Positions 1 through 7,115 of a DNA stretch of 14,837 nt are shown here, piece by piece. The DNA lies in contig CBDUYR010000060.1 in NCBI GenBank assembly GCA_965371515.1, forward strand, positions 1 to 14,837. The letters are read 5' to 3'. The notes under the pieces are model-generated. The model had not been told where the DNA came from, searched no databases, and saw only the letters and a program-made list of their open reading frames with translations. The position numbers were made by a program, and so were the translations under genes. The DNA comes from an uncultured bacterium. GTDB taxonomy: Bacteria > Krumholzibacteriota > Krumholzibacteriia > Krumholzibacteriales > Krumholzibacteriaceae. Numbering within the stretch: the first letter of the stretch is position 1; each line of letters starts with the position of its first letter.

Positions 1-42
1 CCCACTAAGCTGATCCAGCAAAAAGTGTAGATTTCCGGCTTT

Positions 43-102
43 CTTCGGCAGCTCGGTGATGCCCGAAGCAGACTTGCGGAACTGACCAGGACAACACCCT
101 GA
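43..102 (+). pseudogene. Orphan 3'-end remnant of a kinase-TPR paralog
   Basis: Frame +1 reads LRQLGDARSRLAELTRTTP*, against LPKLEDARRRLAELIKTNP* at 3794-3853. 12 of 19 residues are identical and the stop is at the same position. An in-frame TAG lies at 28-30, with no start codon between it and the match. Confidence 0.7.
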
Positions 103-145
103 TCGCAGAGAATGCCTGACAGAAATAATCCACCCGACATGAGAC

Positions 146-175
146 AGGGGGCGGGGCCTTCGGGCCCTGCCCCCT
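146..175 (+). repeat. GC-rich hairpin element, copy 1 (REP-like or terminator-like)
   Basis: AGGGGGCGGGGCC-TTCG-GGCCCTGCCCCCT: 13-bp stem with one G-T pair and a cUUCGg tetraloop, starting 44 nt after the stop at 102. Confidence 0.85.
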
Positions 176-203
176 AACTGCTTGCCATCAAGCCCCCCCG
201 GGA

Positions 204-212
204 TGCTAGAAT
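204..212 (+). promoter_or_regulatory. Candidate extended -10 promoter
   Basis: TGcTAGAAT upstream of the RBS AAGGAG (237-242). TTGCCA at 182-187 gives a 19-nt spacer. Confidence 0.4.
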
Positions 213-247
213 CCCCTAGCCGATCACTTTTACTCAAAGGAGATGCC

Positions 248-811
248 GTGCGAGCACTATTTGTATTTCTAATGACAGCGGCAGTCCTGCTTGCGCCGGG
301 CTGCGAAGGCGAACAGGGTCTGACAGGGCCGGCCGGAAACGCCAACGTCAAGACGGGGACGATCTCGCCGACCAACGAGGAGTGGCTGTGGAACGGGCTA
401 TATAGTTTTCAGACATCACCCGGTTCATGGATGAATTACTTTACCCGGTACGTGGATATCCCTGTAGCTGAGATCACCCCCGACATAATCGCGACCGGTG
501 CCGTGCTTGTCTTCTTCGAGGCGCTGCCGGGTACCGGGAACTGGACGCCCCTGCCTTTCCAGTTCGTAGAGTTCAGCAGCACGTATATCTACAACGTAGT
601 GTACGAGGTGACGGAGGGCATGGTCCGCCTCCACTATTTCAACATGCTCAACAGCCCGGGCGTGACGCCTCCGGATCTGCAGACAATCGTGATCCCGACT
701 TACACGTTCAAGTATACGGTGATCGAGGGGACGGCGCTGCAGGCCATGGCGGTCCGTGAAGTCGACCTCTCGGACCATGACCAGGTCATGGAATACCTGA
801 CGGCAGAATAG
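248..811 (+). CDS. Lipoprotein with a short collagen-like Gly-X-Y segment, function unknown
   Basis: GTG start at 248 after AAGGAG. Hydrophobic signal ends in LAPG-C and is followed by GEQ-GLT-GPA-GNA-NV. Resembles Bacteroidota collagen-like lipoproteins. Confidence 0.8.
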   Translation: MRALFVFLMTAAVLLAPGCEGEQGLTGPAGNANVKTGTISPTNEEWLWNGLYSFQTSPGSWMNYFTRYVDIPVAEITPDIIATGAVLVFFEALPGTGNWTPLPFQFVEFSSTYIYNVVYEVTEGMVRLHYFNMLNSPGVTPPDLQTIVIPTYTFKYTVIEGTALQAMAVREVDLSDHDQVMEYLTAE

Positions 812-832
812 GAGCCAGGTCCCGGACACGAA

Positions 833-892
833 CGGATCAGACGGACAAGTTACAGGGGGCGGGGCCTTTGGGCCCTGCCCCCTGCTGCATTC
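833..892 (+). repeat. GC-rich hairpin element, copy 2, with conserved flanks
   Basis: CGGATCAGACGGACA-N5-CAGGGGGCGGGGCC-TTTG-GGCCCTGCCCCCTG-nTGCAnTC. Near-identical to 5571-5630. The hairpin spans 853-884. Confidence 0.9.
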
Positions 893-910
893 ATGGACCG
901 CATGTGGGGA

Positions 911-926
911 TGGATACCGCATTGCT
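911..926 (+). promoter_or_regulatory. Candidate sigma54 (-24/-12) promoter of the kinase gene
   Basis: TGGATACCGCATTGCT has GG-N10-GC spacing and TTGCT at -12. The -24 box deviates from TGGCAC. Confidence 0.3.
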
Positions 927-976
927 CGCAAAAAACCGATACGCAAACCCTGATATCATGATAGCATCTGTCGGGT

Positions 977-3853
977 ATGATCGGTAAAACCATATCACAT
1001 TATACAATACTCGAGAAACTCGGCGAGGGCGGGATGGGCGTGGTCTACAAGGCCCGCGACACTAAGCTCGACCGCGAGGTGGCGATCAAGTTCCTGCCGC
1101 CGCATCTCAGCGCTGATCCAGAGGCGGTAAAGAGGTTCGTCCACGAGGCAAAGGCCGCCTCCGCGCTCAACCACTCCTCTATAGGCGTCATCCACGAGAT
1201 AGACGAAACCGATGATGGCCAGACCTTCATCGCGATGGCCTATTACGAGGGCGGGACGCTGAGGGAGAGGATAGACAGTGGCAGCCTGACAAATGAAGAG
1301 GCGGTTACGGTCGCCTCGCAGATCGCCTCGGGGCTCGCGAGAGCGCACGAAAAGGGGATAGTCCACCGCGACATCAAGCCGCAGAACATCCTGCTCACCA
1401 GAGACGGTGAGGCGAAGATCATCGACTTCGGACTGGCGAAGCTCGCCGGCAGGACGAAGCTGACCCGGGAGGGGAGCACGCTCGGCACGGCGGCCTACAT
1501 GTCACCCGAGCAGGCGAGGGGGGAGGAGGTCGACCACCGCTCCGATATATTCTCTCTCGGCACGATGCTGTACGAGATGCTCGCCGGCGAACCTCCGTTC
1601 AAGGGGGAACACGAGGCGGCGCTGCTCTACGGGGTCGTTCACGAGGAACACCGGCCACTTTCGGAATCGGGGCGTGAATTCCCGGAACCCCTGCATGCAA
1701 TCGTCAACAGGGCCCTCGAGAAGGATCCCGATGACCGCTATCAGAGTGCGCTCGAGTTCAACGGGGATATCGCCGAACTCAGAGGACAGACGACGGGAGG
1801 GTCAGGCATCCAGGCTCGCGCGGTGAAGAGTCGGCCCCGGCGCATGGTGCTGCTGGCGGGCATCGTCGGAGCAGCCCTGATCGTAACGCTTGTCGCGGTG
1901 CTGTGGCCGAGGCTCAAGGGACCCGCGCAGGCCGAAGAGGTCACGCTGGCGGTGGTGGATTTCAGCGATCTCACCTCTTCCGGCGATTCGTTACTTACAG
2001 CCGGCATGGCCGGACTGCTCCACGTCGGCCTGGTTGAGAACAGCCCGTGTCGCGTGATGAGCCCGAGCTATCTCAAGGACATACGGCGCCGTCTCTTCGA
2101 CGTCAAGCGCGGGCCGATCGATGAGAGCCAGGCCCTCGAGGTCGCCCGGAAATCAGGGGCGACAATACTTTTATACGGGCAGATGGGCGAACTGGATGGC
2201 CGGCCTTACGTAGCCTGGCAGCTGGTGGATACGAAGACTGGCGAAAGCGTCGCCGCGCGCCGCGAGCAGGGATCCCAGATGGCCGGCCTGGCAGACGCTG
2301 TCCTCGAAGGCGTCCTGCAGGTACTGGCTCCCCGCTGCGGAGCCGCCGTCTCTCTGCCGGTCCAGTCGGTAACGGAACTCACCACAGCCAACCCTGAAGC
2401 GTATGCGTATTATGTCGCCGGTATTCTCGCATTCGAGCATATGTCATTGAGTAAGGCGGTCGGCCTGTTCGAAAACGCGGTGGCTCTCGACTCGACATTC
2501 GCCCTTGCCTACTTCGAACTGGCCAGGACGCACAAGACGAGATATGCCCGGGGCCTCGCGCGCGAGGTTACGGAGAGCGCCTGGAGATGGCGCTCCCGCC
2601 TGTCCATGCGGGACCGTATGAGGCTGGAGGCATGGCGCAATTTGATAAATGTCAATTTCAGGGAAGCAAATGAGCTCTACCGGGAGCTGCACACCCGTTG
2701 GCCCGACGACAAGGAGATCCTCAGGGATCTGTTGATGCAGATGTACTACTGGCATTTCCACGGTGAGGGCGTCGATGTAGCACGGCAGGCGATAGCCCTC
2801 TACCCGGACGAGGCCAGGTTCGTTTTTTCATATCAGGGGATGCTCTCGATGCTCGATCGTCCGGAAGAGGCGGTGGAAGTGGCCCGCGACCTCGTCAGCC
2901 GCTTCCCGGAGAATCCTAATCACTGGGATGAACTGGCGCTGCGATACAGCAGCGCCGGATACCCGGACAGCGCGGAGGTGACATACCAGAGGATGCTTGA
3001 GATCAAGCCCGACGCCTGGGTCGCGCGGGCCGGTATCGCCTTGCTGCCGTATTTTCGGGGCGACCTCGACGGCGCTATCTACAACTTTGAGCAATTCCCC
3101 AGTCTTAACACCCTGAGTTTCATGGTCTACGAAGCGGGGCAATACGGGCGTGCGGTCGAACTGATGGATGAACTGGTCGGCACCCGCAGCACCGCTGCCG
3201 ACCGTTACTTCTCGCAGCGATGGCTTTACAGGCTTTTGATACGAGTCGGCCGGGCAGAGGAAGCATTGGCCTGGACCGATAAGCTGGCGGAAGAGATGGC
3301 AGCTGGCGGTGAAGGGATGGACAACCCGCAGATCGAAGGAATGGTCCGAGGGATGTCACTCGAGCTCCGCGCCCAGGCTCTGGTCGCGATGGACTCGCTG
3401 GCGGCCGGCCGCGAGGCAGTGTCAGAGTTGGTCGAGTCGGCATCCGAATTCGGCAACCTGTCCAGGGTCAAGGGCCTTCGATTAACGGCCCGGATCGCTC
3501 TTAAGGAGGGAGACGGTGCTGCGGCCCTTGAAGCGCTCGATCAGATAAGACAGGAGAGCGTAGGCAAAGATGAACTGCTGCATGAATACCACGAATTGCG
3601 GGCAGAGGCCTACCGGATGTCGGGGCGGCTGGACGAAGCGGCCGCGGAACATAAGGGACTTCTGCGGATCTATGGCGGCCACGCGGTGTCGCACTACTAT
3701 CTTGGAATTATCTACCTCGAGATGAAGCGGCCACAGGACGCGAAGCGCGAGTTCACAAAGTTTCTCGAGATGTGGGACAAGGCCGATGAAGGCTTGCCGA
3801 AGCTCGAGGACGCGCGCCGCAGACTCGCGGAACTGATAAAGACAAACCCCTGA
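977..3853 (+). CDS. Hanks-type Ser/Thr protein kinase with a TM helix, TolB-N-like domain and TPR repeats
   Basis: Kinase motifs LGEGGMGVVY, VAIK, HRDIKPQN, DFG, GTAAYMSPEQ and SDIFSLG. TM segment VLLAGIVGAALIVTLVAVLW. TLAVVDFSDL opens a TolB-N-like region, followed by helical TPR-like repeats. Confidence 0.95.
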   Translation: MIGKTISHYTILEKLGEGGMGVVYKARDTKLDREVAIKFLPPHLSADPEAVKRFVHEAKAASALNHSSIGVIHEIDETDDGQTFIAMAYYEGGTLRERIDSGSLTNEEAVTVASQIASGLARAHEKGIVHRDIKPQNILLTRDGEAKIIDFGLAKLAGRTKLTREGSTLGTAAYMSPEQARGEEVDHRSDIFSLGTMLYEMLAGEPPFKGEHEAALLYGVVHEEHRPLSESGREFPEPLHAIVNRALEKDPDDRYQSALEFNGDIAELRGQTTGGSGIQARAVKSRPRRMVLLAGIVGAALIVTLVAVLWPRLKGPAQAEEVTLAVVDFSDLTSSGDSLLTAGMAGLLHVGLVENSPCRVMSPSYLKDIRRRLFDVKRGPIDESQALEVARKSGATILLYGQMGELDGRPYVAWQLVDTKTGESVAARREQGSQMAGLADAVLEGVLQVLAPRCGAAVSLPVQSVTELTTANPEAYAYYVAGILAFEHMSLSKAVGLFENAVALDSTFALAYFELARTHKTRYARGLAREVTESAWRWRSRLSMRDRMRLEAWRNLINVNFREANELYRELHTRWPDDKEILRDLLMQMYYWHFHGEGVDVARQAIALYPDEARFVFSYQGMLSMLDRPEEAVEVARDLVSRFPENPNHWDELALRYSSAGYPDSAEVTYQRMLEIKPDAWVARAGIALLPYFRGDLDGAIYNFEQFPSLNTLSFMVYEAGQYGRAVELMDELVGTRSTAADRYFSQRWLYRLLIRVGRAEEALAWTDKLAEEMAAGGEGMDNPQIEGMVRGMSLELRAQALVAMDSLAAGREAVSELVESASEFGNLSRVKGLRLTARIALKEGDGAAALEALDQIRQESVGKDELLHEYHELRAEAYRMSGRLDEAAAEHKGLLRIYGGHAVSHYYLGIIYLEMKRPQDAKREFTKFLEMWDKADEGLPKLEDARRRLAELIKTNP

Positions 3854-3889
3854 GATCGACGATCCCTGCATGATAATGGTGCCTATGGA

Positions 3890-4714
3890 CTACCTGCTGG
3901 AAGTATAGACGCCGTGAAAATTGATCGTGCCGTCCGCGGCCAGGGTCAGGGCTTCCGAAGCCGGAGTGTTCCATCCGTCGACAGAATTCCAGGTTATGGT
4001 GTATTCACCGGGAACGACATAGTGGCTGATCAGGGCGAATCCTCCGTTACTACCGGCACTGAAGCTGTTCGGTCCGACCATGTTCCAACCGGTGCAGACA
4101 CCATCGGGCTCGCTGGTGACCAGGATCGTATTGGGCCCGGGAGTATAGAAGGCCGCGAAAACGATGGTTTCTCCGGCGGTGAGTGCCAGTGTCTCCGGGG
4201 AGGGAGTAATCCAGTTGCTTTGTTCTCCCCAGGTGATGGTGTAATCGCCGATCGGACGGTCGGAAATAGTGGTCTCTTCCCAATAATCCAGATTGTACCC
4301 ATCAGGTCCGGTCAGATTCCACATTACATAGAGTTCGTCCGGATCGTTTTCGATTACTATTGTCCCGATTGCCTCAATGTAGGTGGCTGTAAATTCCACC
4401 GTATGACCGGCTGTCAGGCCGAGTGTTTCCTGTGCAGGTGTGACATAGCCGCTGACATCGCCCCATGTGATAGTGTAGTCGCCTGGCGTGAGGCCTTTCA
4501 GGGTGGTGTCACCTGCGGCATCGCAATTGTAACCGCCGGGTCCGGACAGGTTCCACGACGGGTCGATTCCGGCCGGATTGCAGATAATATTCGCGCTGCC
4601 GGTGGTCGAGGGGCTCGGTTCGGTACTATCGCTGCAGCCGACCAGCAGCCAGGATGTAGTAACGGCGAGTGTCAACACAGCCAGAGTTAATATCGATCGG
4701 ATCCTGGTCTTCAT
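3890..4714 (-). CDS. Lipoprotein with three ~78-aa PEGA/Ig-like beta-rich repeats
   Basis: ATG at 4714 after AAGGAA, lipobox LVG-C. The repeat motif P-x(5-6)-WN(L/M)xGP...G(D/E)YTITW...TPxxE.L.L.A..T..F...Y occurs three times. Confidence 0.85.
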   Translation of the reverse strand: MKTRIRSILTLAVLTLAVTTSWLLVGCSDSTEPSPSTTGSANIICNPAGIDPSWNLSGPGGYNCDAAGDTTLKGLTPGDYTITWGDVSGYVTPAQETLGLTAGHTVEFTATYIEAIGTIVIENDPDELYVMWNLTGPDGYNLDYWEETTISDRPIGDYTITWGEQSNWITPSPETLALTAGETIVFAAFYTPGPNTILVTSEPDGVCTGWNMVGPNSFSAGSNGGFALISHYVVPGEYTITWNSVDGWNTPASEALTLAADGTINFHGVYTSSR

Positions 4715-4787
4715 GCTCGGTTCCTTATTGTCCAATTCTGATTCAATCGGGGCGTTTTGTTTCCCGTGCGCTACAGATCCCTGCAGA

Positions 4788-4803
4788 TGCAATTCTCGTA
4801 CCT
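4788..4803 (-). promoter_or_regulatory. Candidate sigma54 (-24/-12) promoter
   Basis: Minus strand reads AGGTACGAGAATTGCA (GG-N10-GC, TTGCA), about 75 nt upstream of the ATG at 4714. Confidence 0.55.
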
Positions 4804-4810
4804 TTAGGCC

Positions 4811-5398
4811 TTATTGCTCTTTCTTCTGAACCGGGAATACGATCTGCACCTTGCCGATCATCTCGCCCTTTTCGTTGGGAGAGGGAGTGCTGAGGAATCT
4901 CTCCAGCATCGGGCCGGCCATCTCGTATCCGTTCGCCCCTATCCACTCGTACATGGCGTAGTAGACCGCGCGCAGCTCATCCGAATCGATGGCCCCGTCG
5001 AAATCCCTCTGCACCACAGTCGTGTGTTCCCACTCCTTCTTGACGATCGGGGCCGCAATCTCCTTGTCCTCCGGTACGGCCATGCCGATCTCCCATTTGA
5101 GATCTTCCTCGGCCGTGTCATCCGGCGTGTTCCAGTAGATGCCGAACGGCGCCCCGGTCATGGGCAGGCCCTGTTTTCCCGCCTCGGCGTAGAGCTTCAT
5201 GAAGGCTTCCGGGTGCTGCGTGTAGCTCCCGGTCATCTCCACGGAACAGTAGAAGAACGGCTCTATCTCGACCAGCTCGATATCCGTCTTCCCGGTCCCT
5301 TCGGTTGCCTTCTTATCGTTTCCCTCCTGCGCCGACAGCGGCAGGGCCAGGATCATTACAGCGGTGAAAACCGCTAAAGGTAATGACAGCCTTCTCAT
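4811..5398 (-). CDS. Exported GyrI-like (AraC effector-binding) domain protein
   Basis: ATG at 5398 after AGGAGG. Signal peptide ends in LSA-Q. Motifs GAPFGIYWNTP...LKWEIGMAV and YYAMYEWIGANGYEMAGPMLERFL are typical of GyrI-like SHS2 domains. Confidence 0.85.
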   Translation of the reverse strand: MRRLSLPLAVFTAVMILALPLSAQEGNDKKATEGTGKTDIELVEIEPFFYCSVEMTGSYTQHPEAFMKLYAEAGKQGLPMTGAPFGIYWNTPDDTAEEDLKWEIGMAVPEDKEIAAPIVKKEWEHTTVVQRDFDGAIDSDELRAVYYAMYEWIGANGYEMAGPMLERFLSTPSPNEKGEMIGKVQIVFPVQKKEQ

Positions 5399-5450
5399 CG
5401 CAGACCTCCTGAATTTCATGTATCGCCCGACAATTTATCTTGAGCGGGCC

Positions 5451-5456
5451 ATTATA
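5451..5456 (-). promoter_or_regulatory. Candidate -10 box for the GyrI-like gene
   Basis: Perfect TATAAT on the minus strand about 52 nt upstream of the ATG. No convincing -35. Confidence 0.4.
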
Positions 5457-5570
5457 GTACTCGAACCTCGCTATAAGCCATCCTTTTCAATGATGTTTCC
5501 CGGCCCGGCGTATTGCGCTGCTTAGACGTGATGGTTCGATAACCCGCTTTGCATACAGAGCCGCAGCGAG

Positions 5571-5630
5571 CGGATCAGACGGACATTAAACAGGGGGCGG
5601 GGCCTTTGGGCCCTGCCCCCTGGTGCAGTC
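5571..5630 (+). repeat. GC-rich hairpin element, copy 3, with conserved flanks
   Basis: The hairpin at 5591-5622 is identical to 853-884, and the flank CGGATCAGACGGACA is identical to 833-847. Confidence 0.9.
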
Positions 5631-5666
5631 AGTAGCCGGAATCCGGGCGGCGCCTTGCAGCCCCGA

Positions 5667-5774
5667 TCAGAAGTGCCAGTTGGCTATCGGCAGGATCTTC
5701 CTCCAGCCCTCGTTGTTCCTGGCGATATTGATGCTGCCGGTGTTGATCAGACCGCCGAAGGTGATACCGGACAA
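5667..5774 (-). pseudogene. Internally deleted 3'-end remnant of a paralog of the 16-aa-repeat protein
   Basis: Reads LSGITFGGLINTGSINIARNNEGWRKILPIANWHF*. 5670-5738 matches 7119-7187 at 65 of 69 nt, and SGITFGGL resembles one repeat unit. No ATG or RBS, and an in-frame stop lies at 5811-5813. Confidence 0.85.
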
Positions 5775-5832
5775 ATCGACTGGGAGATCGGAGTGGTTAT
5801 TTATAACTATTTACACGGATACCAGTGAACAC

Positions 5833-5848
5833 GGGAACAAAACTTGCC
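5833..5848 (+). promoter_or_regulatory. Candidate sigma54 (-24/-12) promoter
   Basis: GGGAACAAAACTTGCC (GG-N10-GC, TTGC) about 35 nt upstream of the ATG at 5884, preceded by an AT-rich tract at 5797-5813. Confidence 0.4.
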
Positions 5849-5883
5849 TCTGTCCGCAAAGTACCATTAACAGGAGGCAACTG

Positions 5884-6987
5884 ATGTTTAGACGGTCTGT
5901 CAGGTTCTTGTTGTTTTTCCTTTTGTTCGCCATGGCCAATCAAGGCTGCTCGAGTGATTCCGATTCGTCCGTTGGGCCTGGCGATGGAGAAGATGACGGC
6001 TGGTCGACGCAGCTGGTCAAAAGCGGTAACTTCGCAAATGGTGAAATCAATGTCTCGATCGACGCAAGCGACAAGCTCTACGTAAGCGCGTATGAGTCAA
6101 GTGTCGGGCTTCAGTACATCACAAACAAATCCGGAAGCTGGATCTCAACGCTTGTCGCCGAGGAAAACGAAGACCGCACGGGGGTTCAGAACGACATCGC
6201 CGTAGATAACAACGGCAAGGTCCATACGGTATATTCCCATGATGGCGGCATAGGTTACGCCACCGACGAATCGGGGACCTGGAGCAACCAGGACATGTGG
6301 CTCGGTGGCCTCGGATCGTGTTGCATAGTATCGGACGGCGGAGGAAACCTTCACTCGGCTTTCGATGACGGTTCCAACTGGGACATCCGGTACGCGTACA
6401 AACCTGTCGGGGGAGCCTGGGGAAGGCCTGTTGCCCTCGATGACCAATGGATAAATTCCGACTGCGATATAGACGTCGACGGCTCCGACAATCCGCATGT
6501 AATATTCAATTTCGCGGGGCACGACAACCTGCGCTACGCGTTCCGGAGCGGTTCCTGGATCGTTGCCACCATAGAGGGTTCAGATTCCTACCCCTACGAA
6601 CCAGACACTGGCTGGACACCTGCCATCGCGGTCAACAAAAGCACAGGTGAAGTGAACATAGTTTTCTGGAACAGGACGGACAGCTCTGTATGGTTCTCGA
6701 ACGGCGTTGCGCAGTCGGCAGTAAAGCTGAAGGACACCGCGGATTGGGCGAGACCCTGCCTGGCACTGGACAGCGAAGGATACGCCCATGTGTTTTTCGG
6801 CGAAGGCGGAACGAACGCCATCAATTATGCCACAAACAAAAGCGGGGCCTGGGTCAATACGGTCCTGTCGATAGAAATCGGCGGCAATAATGAACTTGCA
6901 GTTACGATAGACGCTGGAGACAAGATCCATGTCATCTACTCGAGGAGTGGGGGTCAGGAACTGCGCCATGCGAGTATTCAGCTATAG
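5884..6987 (+). CDS. Probable lipoprotein with beta-propeller-like repeats
   Basis: ATG at 5884 after AGGAGG. Hydrophobic signal followed by NQG-CSSDSDSS. The blade-like motif I(A/D)(V/I)DxxGxxH(V/T)xY...L(R/Q)Y(A/I)T(N/D)xSGxW repeats about 6-7 times. Confidence 0.85.
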   Translation: MFRRSVRFLLFFLLFAMANQGCSSDSDSSVGPGDGEDDGWSTQLVKSGNFANGEINVSIDASDKLYVSAYESSVGLQYITNKSGSWISTLVAEENEDRTGVQNDIAVDNNGKVHTVYSHDGGIGYATDESGTWSNQDMWLGGLGSCCIVSDGGGNLHSAFDDGSNWDIRYAYKPVGGAWGRPVALDDQWINSDCDIDVDGSDNPHVIFNFAGHDNLRYAFRSGSWIVATIEGSDSYPYEPDTGWTPAIAVNKSTGEVNIVFWNRTDSSVWFSNGVAQSAVKLKDTADWARPCLALDSEGYAHVFFGEGGTNAINYATNKSGAWVNTVLSIEIGGNNELAVTIDAGDKIHVIYSRSGGQELRHASIQL

Positions 6988-7053
6988 CGGAAACAAGCAG
7001 GGCTGAATCACAGAGGTCCAGATGCCGGCGCGAAAGAAACAGCCTGTTATTAA

Positions 7054-7078
7054 AGGGGCGGGTCCATGACCCGCCCCT
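7054..7078. terminator. Hairpin between convergent genes, likely a terminator; variant of the GC-rich hairpin family
   Basis: AGGGGCGGGTC-CAT-GACCCGCCCCT, a perfect 11-bp stem followed by TTAATAAC on the minus strand. Confidence 0.7.
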
Positions 7079-7115
7079 GATTATGTTCTTCAGCACTGTA
7101 GTATGTTACTTGGAT

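Noticed and set aside
3914..5377. Plus-strand ORFs 3914-4690 and 4814-5377
   Set aside because: Antisense shadows of genes with clear RBS, signal peptides and family motifs.
146..5622. CRISPR array or integron attC sites from the repeated hairpins
   Set aside because: The copies are 0.7 and 4.7 kb apart with genes in both orientations between them. There are no RYYYAAC/GTTRRRY boxes, no cas genes and no integrase.
5623..5883. N-terminal extension of the 454-aa ORF
   Set aside because: It runs through the antisense remnant and promoter region. The true start is at 5884, with AGGAGG and a signal peptide.
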